Source: Nymphaea colorata (Eukaryota). From it: DNA of 64,000 nt. Positions 49,925 to 64,000 of this stretch are shown piece after piece. The position numbers were made by a program, and so were the translations under genes. Each line of letters opens with the position of its first letter. The stretch's first letter is position 1. Below the pieces are notes generated by a model. It searched no databases, had not been told where the DNA came from, and saw only the letters and a program-made list of their open reading frames with translations. The DNA lies in NCBI RefSeq assembly GCF_008831285.2, contig NC_045138.2, positions 27,342,001 to 27,406,000 on the forward strand, written 5' to 3'.

Positions 49925-51180
49925 CGTGCCAGTTCAAGCCATATTTTCCTCCGTGAGCAAAGCTTGGTTATTCATTTCGTATTTTGATTGCCAATACTGT
50001 ACAGGATGCAAATCAATACAATGAGACACGATGTCTCTTGGCTTAACTGAAGTATTGCAACTAAGAAATTTTTGAACCGTACGTCAGTTCTGCCAGTTCA
50101 ACCCGCACAAAGAAGTAATTAGAAGACAACGTGGAACCATTCTTAGATAGAGTTGGCTTCAGGCTTCAGTTGTCCAACCCAGAGAAGCTGAATTCACTCG
50201 TGGAGAGGCTTCGTGGTTTCATTGCTCATTGGGCTACAGGATCAGCCTGACCATCCATCTTGGTGCCATAACCCTTGCCTAATCATTAAGTACCCATGCC
50301 AGAACGTTAGAAATTGGTCAAGCATGGACAACATTATCAGTACTGATGTGTAAATTGTAATACAAAGCCATGAACCACCTAAACAGCGTTTTCAGGTTAA
50401 ATGGGCCTTGACCTGTGAATCTCATACAGAACGTCACGAACTGACAAAGGATCACAGGTTTGAAAGGTCTCAACTTGTTTATCGAGATCTCAACATCCTA
50501 CACGCACTTCTACGCTTTTTATGTGCCTGTAGCTTAGATCCTGCAATTGTAATCAAGAGCAGAGAAGAAAATTACCACAGTTCAAAAATAGCAGACAAGA
50601 AAATGCGACCTACAGTGGGAAAGAAATATTGAAACAACTGTACTGTTTCACTGTTGGTAGGTTTGACAATATTTTGAAAAGGAATTTGATATGGTAGAAA
50701 TTGTTGCCCTCTGTGGTAATCGAGGATATGTACTTTTAAACGATAGGTAGACTCGAAGATCTAATTGGAAAGTCTATTAGTGGAGATGACACATCCAGCT
50801 CCGGAATAAAGGAAGTAGAGGGCGGAAAAACTGCAGAACTAGTTTTCATCAACATGTTTGCATTATAGTTGCTTAGTGTTTAAGCAACTCAAGACTATTT
50901 TCCCATAGCATACCATGCTTTAAAGCTACTATAGATACGTGGAAGTGGAATGGACATGGGTGAGGAGTCTCAACGCCCCAGATTATAGCAAAAAGTTGAA
51001 TTAAATAGAAAATGCTATATCCAATAAAGGGTGCTCTCATACTTACCCAGTGACTACTGCTGTCGCTCGTCGGCACTCAATCTACAATCCACTGATATAG
51101 CCCTTCTTCATTATCTTGAACCATCCTCATGCAACACCCAACACCAAACTGTTCACTTAAGGAGATATTCAAGGCAGATG

Positions 51181-54100
51181 TCAACGAAGTTCCAGCAAGC
51201 AGATGCATTCAATATGTGGTGTATGAGGAAACATGTCCACTGGCTGAACGCTTTTTAACTGGTAGCAACCTTCAAGATTCCGCTCCTCCTGCAGATGCCA
51301 AAACTACGGCTGAAACAACTTCGATCAAAAATAGGCATGTTCATGGGTTGGATGATTTATGGGTAACCTATACATACCACACCATGACACAGGTAATCCA
51401 GGTCACGAGCACATGTAGCAGGATTACATGAAACATAAACAATGCGTGGGGCCTTCAGTTTCAGTAGAAACCTTATAAGCTTCATGTGCATCCCTGGACG
51501 ATTTGGGTCTGCAACCAAACCACATGAAAGTAATACGGATGATGAAATCAAATGAACTGCAACAGATATAAATCTGCAAGCGTTTACATGCAGAACCATG
51601 TTTATGCACAAGCAGTAAACAACGGACTCAAGGTCTGACCTGAAATTACAATATCAGGATGAGGAAAGTTATCACCAAAATTATCACTGATCTTGTTTAG
51701 ATCCCCTTGGATGAATGTAGCATTATGTATCCCATTCAGTTCTGCATTCCGGTGAGCATCAGAGACAGCTTGTGCCACCACCTCGTAGCCATAAACATGC
51801 TTAACTCTAGTAAGATGGAATTGGATAATGTATTATGACACTATTATGAATAATTTATGCCAGCTATCTTCTAAATCAAGGAAAAAGGATATACATACTT
51901 CTCGGCCATGGTGAGGCCAATTGTTCCCGTTCCACAAAATAGGTCGAGAACTATTTCTGAGCCATCCCCTCTGAGGCCAGCACATTCTTCTATCAGCTTG
52001 TAAAGAAGTTCAGCCTTAAAAGCAGAAGCAACGTCCAAAATGGTTCAGAAATGAATTGATAATATGGAAAAGAAAACAAATGGAAAGAGTACCCAAAAAA
52101 TAGCCACCGTGGCTCCAAATAAAAGAAACAGCCTAGCCAGATCAGATCTTAGGTGTCTAATAAGCAGGAAACTACCTTCAAGTATTGCTTATATGCAAGA
52201 AAAGCTAAAAAAAGGAAACTAACAGAACATTCTTATCAGATAGGAGCAGTTACTGGAGGTGAAACATTGTGACATCACCATTATTTATGTCTATGATTGG
52301 ATTAAGCTGAACCAGAAGCAGATAGAAGTACAGGCATTTGTAGCCAGAACAAACCTAGATATCAGGCCACTCTTAATCCCTTCGTTTCTGGATGCACTTT
52401 TACATAATATTGTAGAATTTAAGGTTGTGGCAGATGATGAAAAATGTTTAACGTTCAACACTGCCCACCTTGTTACACGTGTTGCAAACACAACTGAAGC
52501 CACTTGTGTCACAACCAACAATACATAAATGCCTCAAAAAGTCATTTTTCACTTGTCATACTAATTCAAGACAGGATCCAATGTACAATTCTGCAAGCTT
52601 TTATAATAGGAAGAATAACTGCTTGCTGCAGCAAGTAGATGAGATTGGCTGCATACCTGATGAGAATTCGTTTGGAAGAAAGAATTTGCTGATATTTGAA
52701 AAGTTAGTCCTCTTAATGTCTCCATAATGGTGGATTTTCCATACAAAGTGTATTCCTCTTCCCCGGTAGATGTATTGCCAACAGATGTGTTGACATTGTT
52801 TACAATGCTAACCTATTATCAAAGATGGCAGAGAAGACATCAAATTAAGGAGAAATTTAGGGAGGCCTACCAAAGTGACCACAATTATGAAACACAAATG
52901 TCAATGCATGGGGATAAATATGTATCTCAGATAAGGTCACAGGATTGTGCCACTTTTTCCCCTTAGTTGCCATGCCATTTTTTTAGCTGTCTTGTGTTTT
53001 TTGGGTTAACAGGAGGTTATATAGTTTACCCGTCCTTTCTCCAGGGGTTCTGGGTAGAGAACTATAGAAGAAAGATGTGCATATAAGGGCATAACCATGG
53101 TTCTCACAGAAAGTCATGGTTTTGTGCTATGTTTTCCTCTTTTTAGCTGCCATTATTTTTTGTTCAGCAGCTGGAGCTATTCTTTACCAAGTACCGTCAC
53201 CAGGGATTTAGTGTTCAACCCCAGAAGAAACCTGGATGCCAAGTCAATGCTCCACCTTGAACCGTGCAGCAAGAGAGATACCCCATTGGGTTGAACTCAC
53301 GATGCTGTTTCAATTTAATGCATGCAGCTGAACCCATTACCACTAGTGCTGAGCCCTTGTGAGCTAGCCAACAAATTTTTTAGGCCACCACTTCAACAAA
53401 ATATAAGAGGTTTCACAGCTTCATTTTCCATCTATTGTGATCTGTTCAATGTGACCAAGAACCAAAATGAAATAGACATACCACTTCAGGAATAGTTGAA
53501 ATCCTGCTAACAAGTGGCTCTAGTAGCTCTGGATTGTAAGATGAAGTCACAAAGTTAACCATCAACTCCGGCAGCCCAGTATTGATACCTCTGAAAAGGA
53601 GTGTTTCAAAAACAATCATATTGTACTATATCTCTATAAGACAAAATATAAAAAACCTGCAAGGAAGAACCAATCCGCAAGTTTCTCCTCTCACATAATT
53701 GTCAATGAAGTAGCCAAATAGGAAAATATAAATTCAAACAGAAGGTGCAAGTGGCAATTCCAATACCTGCCAGTTCGTATCATAAGATGCTTAAGATAAC
53801 CTTTGTGTGTTCGGGCATCATATGGTGAAAGGCCTAAGTGAGGATCCCTCCAACAACTCTGCACCACTGAAAGAACCTATAGATAAACAAAGAAAACAAA
53901 CGTTTGAATCAACTGCAGATAATTTTTTTAACAGCAAACGAGCTCTATTCATGGCAAGAAGCTGAAAGCATACACCAACCAGCATCTAGACATGCTAAAT
54001 TGCAAAGCAACGTCCACTCAGAGGTCAATTAAATAGCAATACGCCTGCCCAAGGATAAGAAACAGAAATTTATATGTCTAAAGGATAGACAGATCTCCTA

Positions 54101-55381
54101 GTGCAGAAAACTAATAATTTTTTGAGGTAATAGCCCCCACCAACAGCAGGTAATCATGTTCACCTCATGTCTATAAAAGTCGACAACCTTGAGAGAGCGT
54201 TTACAATTGACAGTTGGTTTTCTTTTTCCTTAAGCTCATTACTCTTTTCATTTCAAGTACATAACTTCAGAAAATGGTAATGCCAAAAAGGAGCTAGCTG
54301 CTTTAGAGAAGCTGACACCAACTTGGTTCTGACAGCAGGAAAATTATTGGTAACAGAAGTTATATATATATATATATATCAAGTAACATTAAAAACGGAG
54401 AGCGTTGCCCAGAGAATTGGAACCTAAACCAGAACATTCCGGCAGTTTATATGAGTCAAGCAGCCAACCATTAAAAAGAAGAAGAAAGATATATATATAT
54501 ACACGAAATCAAACCAAAACAATGTACCTCATTAGCGGCCTCACTCTGCAACAAGCATTTCTCGACGTGGAGGATCTTATCAAAGAAGCCGGGCGCGTGA
54601 AGCCCCAGAGCATGGCCGTCCTGATCTTCATCACTTGTGATCAATCTCTTCGTTCCAAAAGAAAATTCCATCTGGCAAACACAACTGGCTGACCAAAATT
54701 CCAACTCCAATGGAACGAGAGAGAGCGAGAGAAAGAGAGAGAGATACCTTGTTCCTGTAATTATATTTGATAGAGCAAGGGACGATGGGCTTCAGAGCGA
54801 GCGACTCCTCCGGAAACCTGCCAACCCGGATGATCAGGTCCCTGACCTGCTGCTCCTTCGCAGCCACCTGCGCTTCGTATAGGAGGTTCTGCGTGCGGCA
54901 ACCCCCACATTTGCCGGCGTACTCGCACGGCGCAGCCACAACGTCCCTGTGGGGCGATATCGTGGAGATCTTCTTCACCTAAGCAATGCCACGCAAAGCC
55001 ACAATCACACTCTAACGCCGAATTAGCACAAGTTCTCGGAGGAAGAGGAAGGAGACAGACCTCGGCATGGCTTCCCTTCTTGCGGGAGACGCGGCCGACG
55101 AAGCGCTCGCCAGGGAGGGCGCGATCGCAGAGCACGACGAATCCTGTTCCCTCAACCCTGCAGACACCTTTACCCTGGAAGGCCAAGCTCTCGCAGACGA
55201 GCTCCAGAGTCTGATTCTTCTTCGGAAAGAAGGGCGTCGGAGAAGAAGGAAGAGGAGGAGACGGAGCAGCCGAGGCGGAGGTGGAGAAACACCGAACGCG
55301 GCCGAAATGGCGGAGACGGCGGACAGGTGGCTGCCAAGGTAACCAAGGGATGCGACGTAAAGAGAGCGCTTGAGCCGCCAT
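51181..55381 (-). CDS. TrmA/RlmD(RumA)-family RNA (uracil-5-)-methyltransferase with TRAM domain, probably organelle-targeted (~530 aa)
   Basis: Ten exons 55061-55381, 54748-54978, 54528-54671, 53767-53876, 53482-53590, 52657-52812, 51899-52014, 51640-51806, 51378-51508, 51181-51288. TRAM segment (LAFQGKGV..ALPGE), Fe-S motif CEYAGKCGGC, YRNKMEFSF, SFFQTN, SAM motif LDLFCGTGTIGL, DPNRPG, catalytic YVSCNPATCARDL, VDMFPHTPHIE. The N-terminus is R/S/P-rich and transit-peptide-like. Confidence 0.94.
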
Positions 55382-58160
55382 GACTGTGAGTCTCTGTACC
55401 TTGGCGCGCTTCACTTCACTCTCTCCCTCTCTCCAGAAGGCGAGTGGGATATGGCTCCGGGTGGGGGGCGTAAAATGGGTCCGGGTCTGACTTTTTCGGA
55501 TTTGATAAAAACGTAAGCCGATCCAGTGTTGTGGTAGAGAAGCTGGGGAAGAACAAGGATGTCATATCATTATCGGTTCAAAAGCCAATAGACATGATTT
55601 TGAGAATGTTGCGATGAGAAACATATCCTAAATTTAGTAACTTTTAGTCTAATGAGGAATTAATATTAATAAAAGAAATGAACAGCTCTTATAATATCAA
55701 ATTTTACTAAATCAATACTTTGCATAAAAACAACTTGTACTAAGACGTATTTTATGTTAAATTAGTGTTTCTAACATACCAGAAAGTTTGTATATTGTTT
55801 TAAATATTTTTTAATAATAATTTAAGAGGTTTTGTTTTTGTTCCTGATTTAAGCAGTGAGCAATATACCCCTCTCTCTCATGTGTATATATATATAATGT
55901 ATTTTATTTAATAGCATTTTTTATATGAAGCCGAGAGATCAACTGTTTAAATAAACAATTGATTTCATATGCATAGTTTTGAAGAATCAAGATCCTTTTA
56001 CATTGAAAAACTATCGATCAAGGGCAAAGGCATGTGGGAACTCTGTGGGGCATACGCCCTTCGAAGCCTACCCTTTGAAAGGTTAATCTAATGTTGAAAC
56101 TTGAGTGAACTTGAGTGTAGTTATACTGAGTAGCCTCAAGAGATTCGAGCCAAAATCTCATGGTCGATTGGAAAAAAAATAATGGCTTTGCCCTGTTGTA
56201 GATCTTGAAATTCAATAAAGTTGTGTTTGATAGCTTCGGATTTTAGACCTGAGGCTGAATTAAAATTCATGTTTTGGGAGATCCTTAGTTTAAACAAACT
56301 AAAGATCTCCATAACATGATTTTAAATTCATGCAACATGTTAGAAACTATGGATTTAAAGTCAAAAGGGTGGGGGAGGGGTCCAACCTTAAATATGACTA
56401 GGTTTGTTCAAAAGGAAAGAATTGTAAAGCATGTTCAATTGCACAAAGCTCCACGTTTTATAATCAAACTGCTCCACAAAGGCCGCTGAAAATATATATA
56501 TATATTTGTGTATGTGTGTGTGTTTGCATATGTTTTTAGAACACTTGTTCACGATATTATTTTAAAAAGACAATGTGATTGTGAATGTTGTTTCTAAATC
56601 TAAGAATCAAATGCTAAACACAATCTCGTAATATTATTCCTTAGAAATGATAGAGTAGGCAGACCTTTACTTAGATTATATTAAGAAATGCACCCTGCTA
56701 ACGTACCCCAGTGCTATGAGAATCAATTCATTCGGATCAAATCGGTTTTAAACCTGTTCAAATTTAGTAACCAATATGGGAGAATCATGTATCAGGTTTA
56801 AAACATTTTTTTTTTAAAAAATCGGTAAACTTTATTAGTTGAGACATCTGATAGCCTAGGATTTGAGATCATTGAGAATCTCAATGGATTTAAGGTCTTC
56901 CATCCGACTTCAAATATGAGGTTTCTGGATTTAAGGTCTGTTTTAACTCGAACTGAAGTCCAGTTCACGCCACTAAGCAGAAGTTTCCGAGAGATATGTC
57001 CCAATTAATGTGGAAATCAGCCTCATCCAAGAATATGGATATCCAAAAAAGAAAGAAAAGATTGGCCCAGTTTGACAAATCATAGTATCAGGAAATGCCA
57101 TATATACAACGATGAAGTATCTGTATCATATTATTAGGAAGTAAGGACAATTGATTTGCATTTGGGTGATTTAAATATATCAAATCAAATCTCGCTAAAT
57201 TGGATATTATCCAGAAAACAAAACTTTGGAACTGTATCATCATCTTTTAAGGTAGTTTGGCAGCAGAACACCTTATAAGTGTTTTTATAAATCTACTTCA
57301 AAGATTATAGTAGGTTAATGAAACAATAGTTTATGTCTGATGAACCTATGCCAATGTTGGATAGATTCATGGGAACACTCAAAACGAGCATCCTCCGTCG
57401 TCTTTTTCCTTTCTCCTCCCTCCTTCCTTTTTTCCTCCGCGTCCCTTCTTACGATGAAATTTGTTTTCAGAAATATAAATCAAACTTAACAAACAGAACA
57501 TGGTTTTGGAAAAATAGAATTTTATTTCTGGAAACTTGTTTTCGTTTCCACTTTTCCAAATAATTTCATTGTCAAATACAAAATTACTTACATGTATACA
57601 TGCATGCATATGCATATAATGTATATACATATGCATATATATGTACATGAATATTTCATGTGTGTATATACATAAAATATATATATATATATATATATAT
57701 TGTCTCCACATCTTATTATCAAACTAAGTCGGTCTTGATAAATCCTAATCCCACCTATTTATGTCATTTCCCCAAGCATAAACCCTCCATTCGAAAGGGT
57801 AGAAATTTTTTTTTTTTAAGTACAATCGTGTCCATGTGACCGAGTACGGGAAGACGATAAAAGGGAAAGTATGAGGAAACCCATTGGAAAACCGATTCCC
57901 TCGGCGCCAAAACAGAAAGTATTTTCCCACGAAAGGTGGGAAACCACATGTGTACTCCGTTTTCCAAGTCAACCGTCGCCAAAAAATAGGCTTCCGCTGC
58001 AAAAAGCAACGGCATTCAAGGAAACCGTTACAAGGCAAAAATTAACTCAACCAATGGGAGCCATCCACGCGCATCTAGAGGTCAGGACGTTTGGAGCTTG
58101 ACCTTTGAGTGCTTAAACGAGTCACGTTGCTTTCTTCTGAAAGGTTTCGTGTCCCAGCAC

Positions 58161-58168
58161 TATAAATA
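58161..58168 (+). promoter_or_regulatory. TATA box of the AG-peptide gene
   Basis: TATAAATA 140 nt upstream of the ATG at 58301; ACGT-core elements nearby (58123-58128, 58168-58173). Confidence 0.6.
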
Positions 58169-58300
58169 CGTGGCCGCTCCCCTTGTTGTCCCATCACCCA
58201 GTCGTTTTCGCCATCGTTCCTTCTTCGGTGGCTTTATTCTGAAAAATAAAAAAAGAAGAAAAGGCCCCTTCTTCCTCCAACAATCCGAGAGCAGGAATCC

Positions 58301-58504
58301 ATGGCGACCGCCAGAGGCTTCGTCTCCACCGCCCTCCTTGCGGCCCTCTTCGCCGCCCTCCTGTCGGCCGCGGCCGCCGCCGGATCCCCCGCGTCCGCCC
58401 CGGCTCCGGGTCCCTCCAGTGATGCTGCTTCCTTCGTTCCCGCTCTCGGCTCGGGCGTCGCTGCCGCATTCGCCGCTTTCTTCGTCGCTCGCCTCATGCA
58501 TTGA
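58301..58504 (+). CDS. Arabinogalactan peptide (AG-peptide), GPI-anchored, 67 aa
   Basis: Single GC-rich exon: hydrophobic signal peptide, short SPASAPAPGPSS AP/SP-dipeptide core, a DA omega-site region and a hydrophobic C-terminal GPI signal. TATA box upstream. Confidence 0.88.
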   Translation: MATARGFVSTALLAALFAALLSAAAAAGSPASAPAPGPSSDAASFVPALGSGVAAAFAAFFVARLMH

Positions 58505-61500
58505 GGGATGAGAACCGGTGCGGGGCTCTTCTCTTGGTCGATGGTCGGCGGGATTCGTGATGTGTTCTCTAGGGCTTTAGATGCGAATCTTGTTTCACTT
58601 TCCTCCCTGTCTCTCTTTGTCTCGGTGATTAGGTCGGTGATGATATGTTATGGGCCTTGATTCTTGGGTGAATATAAAAATGTCTTTTGACATATGCGAG
58701 AGATTTCTTCTGTCCCTTATTGATTATTAAGAATTCCGATTTGAAATCATGTTGGGTGTTCACGGTTTTACAGGATGGTGGCAGTATGTCTTTTCTTGAT
58801 TCTCTAACCTTTATCGTTATCGAATGCTGCCTTACAAACCTAGAATTGATTTACTACAATGAAGAAGAATCACGACGCATTAGAAATTGGTCGTGATTCA
58901 AACTTCATTGCAGAACCTTTTTCTGAAGTTTTAGAAGTCCTCACTTGGCCTAGTCATTGGTTCAAACTTCAAATTTCACTTCCGCTTATCAGAATTGTTC
59001 GAGATACATGCAAAATGTATACAATCGCTAACGGTGTGTTTGGTTGCCCGGAAAACTTTTTCAACTTTTCTTAATCTTGTAAAGAAATTCAAGATTTTCA
59101 GTTAAATTCTTTTTTTTCTCAGCATCAGATTGAGAATCTTGAAAGGCCATCCAGTTCGTGTATTGAACAAGATGCAACATTTTGTTGGTACACTAACAAA
59201 AATGTAGTTAACCAAATTGTGTCTGTCTATTTGATGCAAAAAGAAAAAGGGGAAACGCTCGCAAGTTTACAAAGGGCCCCTCGTTTTCTTTCTTCTTTTT
59301 TCCGTCCGTTCTATTGTAACAAAATCGCCCTGCTGATTTTGCTTCTTTATTTCATCATTTGAATAGATTCTGTCAACGTTATTTTAGCAAATTGAGTGAG
59401 GATCTGCGTCGGACTTGTGGGCTCAAAAAGATTTTGTTGGGATTGTTTAAATCTGTCCGCAGGAGATTTCAGCCAAAAATTGATAAACTTGAAATTTTGG
59501 GTTCGAAGAATCGGTAGTCTTATAAAGAGTGGGTTCCCTTGGCTTGTTGATAGTGGTCCGGCTTGATGTCTTTTGCCAAGGTTGTCGATGGTTCGGATGC
59601 AACTTCATATTTCATTCAGAATGGAATCAAAGCAGATGGATTGAATAAATAAGATCTTAATCCCGTTAGTGATTAGATGGCGTATATGTTCTTAGGGGAT
59701 TTGGATATGGTTTTCTATTATTTTATGTTTTAATTGGTACCTTATTTGAGTCAAATTCAGCAATATCTATATAATTAGATATAACAATAATGGTTCCAAT
59801 CATAATCTCAGTCGATGCATTGACATCTGTAATTGTAAAAGAGGATTTAATAATTGAATTGAGTATTCATTATTCAACAGCTGGCTGTTAGGCGATTAGT
59901 ATTTGGTTTGAATTCTTGAGACGTCAATCTTTCTATGTTGTAAAAGTAAGAGCACCGACATATCAATTGAAGTATATGATAGTGTCATTCCAAAGCACCA
60001 AAAGTAAGGGCTTCAGCTCTTTTATTGAGTTGTAAGATGAAATATATTCCATGCACACCCAATGATACTTTCTTTCTCTAGAAAGTGCTGCTTCATAAGT
60101 GGGCTCCATGGTTCTTGGTGAGGAAAAGACAAGCATACTCAAAGTAACACCAGCTAGACAAATTAAACCAGCAAATATGTTTTCTTAAAGAGCCGCGCCC
60201 CTTTTCCTTGTCCCTAGGACAAAAGAGGCAAGACAGTTAGTTATGGAGGAAGGAACGGAAAGCACAAGCTCATAAATTTTGGCAGACCCCACCATGTTCT
60301 CCAATGCATTCGCCTGCAGAAACCAATTTGGTGGTTTCTTCTAGCATCGAGAGAACATAGATCAAATAGGCTTCAAGGAGCCAGCTGAAGAACTGTGACA
60401 ATGATGGGCCAGGAATTGTCAGCTACTGCTGTTGAAAAATGTCTTGCATAAGTCCTCGTTGCATTTTGAGTATTGGTTTTAACAGAAGTACCTGTAAAGC
60501 TTTCGCTTTTGCTGAACTCCAAAGCTTAGGTGCAAAATTCCACCTACATGCAATTTGAAGTCTAAACTAAGATAATACATTTGAAGCCTAAACTAAGATA
60601 ATACACCTAAGTGAGTGGGAGGAAAGCCACCACCATTGAAAACGAAACCCTCATCCAACCTCTTGTACTTTTATGGTACATGACTTGCTTTTGGTGTCTT
60701 GAAGTGCAGTTACCACAATACTTTAATTTTACACGGTCTCTTGCAACACTCTAACTTACACCTTTTTTTATACAGAATCAATGTTTAGAGAATTTAAAAA
60801 CATAATAGCCTTTTTTTATACAGAATCGATGTTTAAAGAATTTAAAATAAAAACTGACCATCTACCAGCTTTTCACTCCTGCTGCTGCACCAACTACATT
60901 GAAGAGCTATCGGCAACTATTTTCACGTAACTCAGGCAAAGTTTCAGTCGCTAGGGGATATTAGAGTTACGGCTCACATCAGATATTCAACATAATACTG
61001 AACCCCTTAACAGCCTCGCTAACAAATCATGGACCTACCTGAGGAAAAGAATCTCAAGCTGCTTTGAAATCAGCACCACATGCTCTCAGGTTGTAGCTAT
61101 CACCACATGAGATTCTGTGCCTTCACTATTTTAAAGATGTTCGGAAAAAGAAAAGGCAAACGGCGGAGTTGTCAATTCTCATCCATACTCTTGTTTGTTT
61201 CCTAAACATTATATGCCTAGCAATTAATGACAAAGCTTCTAAGTACCTTTCGCCTGGATAAGTGATCTGCCGGGCCGATCGACGACTGGTTGACAGCCTG
61301 TAGATTTGTTGACTCCCTGGTGCAAAGTGATAGAGGAGGAGGAAGCGAGCCTTGAAACAGAAGATTTTTTATTACACTTGGTCTCACACACACAAAACTT
61401 GAGGGATAGAAAAAGTTCTGTAAATTCAGCCGCACGGTTACGTGTCTTCTTTTAATTCCCATCTACTGTTAACTTTTAATTTTGTGTACCAACTTCAATA

Positions 61501-61852
61501 TTAAAATATTTTGAAAGCAATTTATTACCATAATAATATAATCCAAAGGGAAAGCCCGTGCAAGAAACAAACATGAGACGAGAAAATGATGCTGCGAACT
61601 CGGAATCGATTACTTTCACATGGACATACACTTGTGATACATATCTCGGCAGATTTTTCTCGCCTTTCCATCTCTCCTCTTTTCCTCCCCTCCTCTCTCT
61701 ATCCCTCTCCTTCCCAAGGCAACATTGCCAGAAAAACTAATACAATAATAGAAAGAAGAACCGGGACTCAATATAAAAGATCAAAACCTAAAACATTACC
61801 GAGGATGGAGATAAAAAGGAAAGGAAAAACAGAAAAACGAGAGCGCCGGCCT

Positions 61853-63818
61853 TCAGTCTGAATCGCTATCCATGCTACCAACCATCGCCTTCAATCCCCT
61901 TGGTCTCTGCAGAAAAAAAAAAGCCAAACCATAAGCAATGAACGGTTTAAGGACACAACGTCTTGTCAGCTCAAGGGCCACGAAAAACAAATGCCATTAC
62001 ATCTATGTGTATGGCTTCACCCAGTGACATAAAAGGACTAAACCCAGTGCAACGTCCTTCAGTCCAACCTAGCCCAGACGGGATAAGGCGGAGGGACGGA
62101 ACTCATGAACACCATCTAAGAAATTGGTGATCAATGGTCTAGACCCACCGTCACCTGCTATTGTTATTTGCTCGGTTGACAAAAGCAAAATATTTTCCGA
62201 GTGACCGGACAGCATCATCAAGCCAACCGCAGTTACTGCCACTTCTGCCATACTTCAACCATGCACTGCAGATGGCAACAATGCATCGGTGGCTTCACTT
62301 GTCTGGTTCAGCTGTGTCCTCCATGGTCACTAACCAGCACATATCATGATCAGCAATACAATCATAACATACTGTGCATTATAAATCCAAAACCAACTAA
62401 AAAATTGAGCCTGGAAGCCCTATGGCAAATGGAACAGTTTGTGAGTTAGATTCTATGACACCTAGTTTTATTTTTTCACTAATTTGGGCTAATTCATAGA
62501 ACATAGAACACTCTGTGAGTGTTCAATGTTCCAACTGCCAAACGATCCCTTAAACTCAGCTTGGAAAATTTCTAAACACCAAGTCCCTATTAGTGCCTGC
62601 CACTACATGTTTGTGCAAACCAAGCAGAGCACCGTTAGGGATCTTGACCCACGTTGATGCGAATTACTCCATTTTCGATCTTTTACTGTAAGATAGGATC
62701 TTTTACCTTCTTGGACGTCTTCTTTTCCCTGACCTCATAGCGCTCATGATTTAGTTCGCACAGCCAGGAGCCAGGGCTTACCAACTGCAACCACCGCATA
62801 AATAACAGAACAGTTAACTGGGTGAGGCAACTAGTTCAGAAAAATCTGGAAAAGTCGGAAACAAGACACCAGAATCAAACATCATGACCATAGCAATTAA
62901 GGAACCGGCCAAGATTCACGTGGTTGGTAACTTTGTACTTGGCATTTGGAACGCTTGTCCAAAAGATGCCTCTTGTTAAAAGTCCCAACTCCTCCCATCA
63001 CAGAAATTTAAAAATTAAAAAAAAAAAACAATAACTTGAGAAAGGGGAAAGTGCTATGACCAAGCCAGAGAAAGACCAGAGGCTTACGTTTAGGGTTCTC
63101 TGAAGAAACTTGGACCGCTTCTTGGGGCGCTGTGGGAGCTTGGACCCCTTCATTAACATGAAATCTTCCTCCTTTTCCTTGCAATTGAGGGCGATGATGA
63201 ATTTTGGCCACACCACAGGTTGGCTTTTATGGTTGCTTTGATGGCCGTTCTCGTGACTGCCATTGTTGACGAGGCCGTTGGCCTTATGGTTGGGCTGCTT
63301 CTTCTCGGTCACCATCGTCTCCGATGATGCCAAGACCCCATTCCTGCCACTCCCCACTTTTGCTTGATGGTGATTTTGCCTGTCGGTCTTCTCCGTAGAA
63401 GAAAAATGGTCGTTGTTTAGGCTTCTTAATCCAAACAAGAATGGCTCCGAGTTCCTGAGAGACCATGAAGAAAATTGGAGCACAAGATAAAGGCATTAGA
63501 AACCCAAAGCAGTAAGAGAGAGAGAGAGGGAGAGAGAGACAGAGAGAGAAAGAAAGAGAGAGAGAGAGAGAGGATTAAATACCTAAGGACACGATGGGAG
63601 GGAGGATGCTGAAAGCCAGCCGACGACGAAAGAAGCGAGGACCCTTTGTCGGCTGCAGCGCTGCGTCTCTCCGCCCTGATCATCGTCCTATCGTCGGCCT
63701 CATCCTTCACCTGCACTTTGACGCACCTCAGACGTTTTGTGTTCCCCCACTGCAAGAAATGGTCAGGCTCCGGCGGTCGACATCCTCTGTTGTTCTCGAC
63801 CTCCTTTTCCATTGCCAT
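61853..63818 (-). CDS. DUF1639 domain protein (~244 aa)
   Basis: Exons 63583-63818, 63088-63454, 62707-62784, 61853-61906, phases consistent. Motifs FLQWGNTKRLRCVK, WPKFIIALNCKEKEEDFMLMKGSKLPQRPKKR, SPGSWLCEL..ERYEVREKK, RPRGLKAM..MDSDSD. An alternative start lies at 63812. Confidence 0.9.
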
Positions 63819-64000
63819 CGGAACCTTTCCAAAATTTTCCTGCAACCAAGAACCAAATGTGAAAAAAGAAAAGCCAGAAAGAAGAAACCCAAATCCCGCA
63901 CCAGACAAGGAAGCATACCAGAATTTAAAACTGATACTGCTGGCCCTTTCTTCCGTCAATCGTTCTGTTAATATCGAATCTCAGGAAGGACGGAGGAAAA

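Noticed and set aside
58098..58511. Several longer overlapping ORFs on both strands around the AG-peptide gene
   Set aside because: By-products of high GC; only the 67-aa frame has signal peptide, AP-core and GPI architecture.
63819..63959. In-frame N-terminal extension of the DUF1639 ORF
   Set aside because: It starts at a non-ATG codon and is F/S-rich, consistent with a T-rich 5'UTR; the first ATGs are at 63818 and 63812.

Overview
This is eukaryotic nuclear DNA from a flowering plant: AT-rich GT-AG introns, abundant (CT)n/(TA)n microsatellites and MITE debris. I cannot establish the species. I reconstructed ten intron-containing or short protein-coding genes by hand, checking splice sites and reading-frame phases. 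In order they are: cytosolic isoleucyl-tRNA synthetase (-, runs off the left edge); an ELF3-like circadian clock gene (-); four neprosin-family (DUF4409+DUF239, glutamic peptidase G3) genes (three +, one -); a DUF866/UPF0587 CXXC zinc-binding protein (+); an organellar TrmA/RlmD-type RNA (uracil-5)-methyltransferase (-); a GPI-anchored arabinogalactan peptide (+); and a DUF1639 protein (-). The main observation concerns the neprosin cluster. All four genes are open 7-exon genes with signal peptides, yet all lack the first catalytic glutamate of the 'N-x-I-E-A-G-W' motif (Leu in three copies, Ser in the fourth) and other active-site residues, while keeping the second glutamate (GGEI). This suggests an expanding, diversifying cluster of secreted neprosin pseudo-peptidases. 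No rRNA, tRNA or CRISPR features were seen. All family assignments come from motif recognition and recall, not from database searches.
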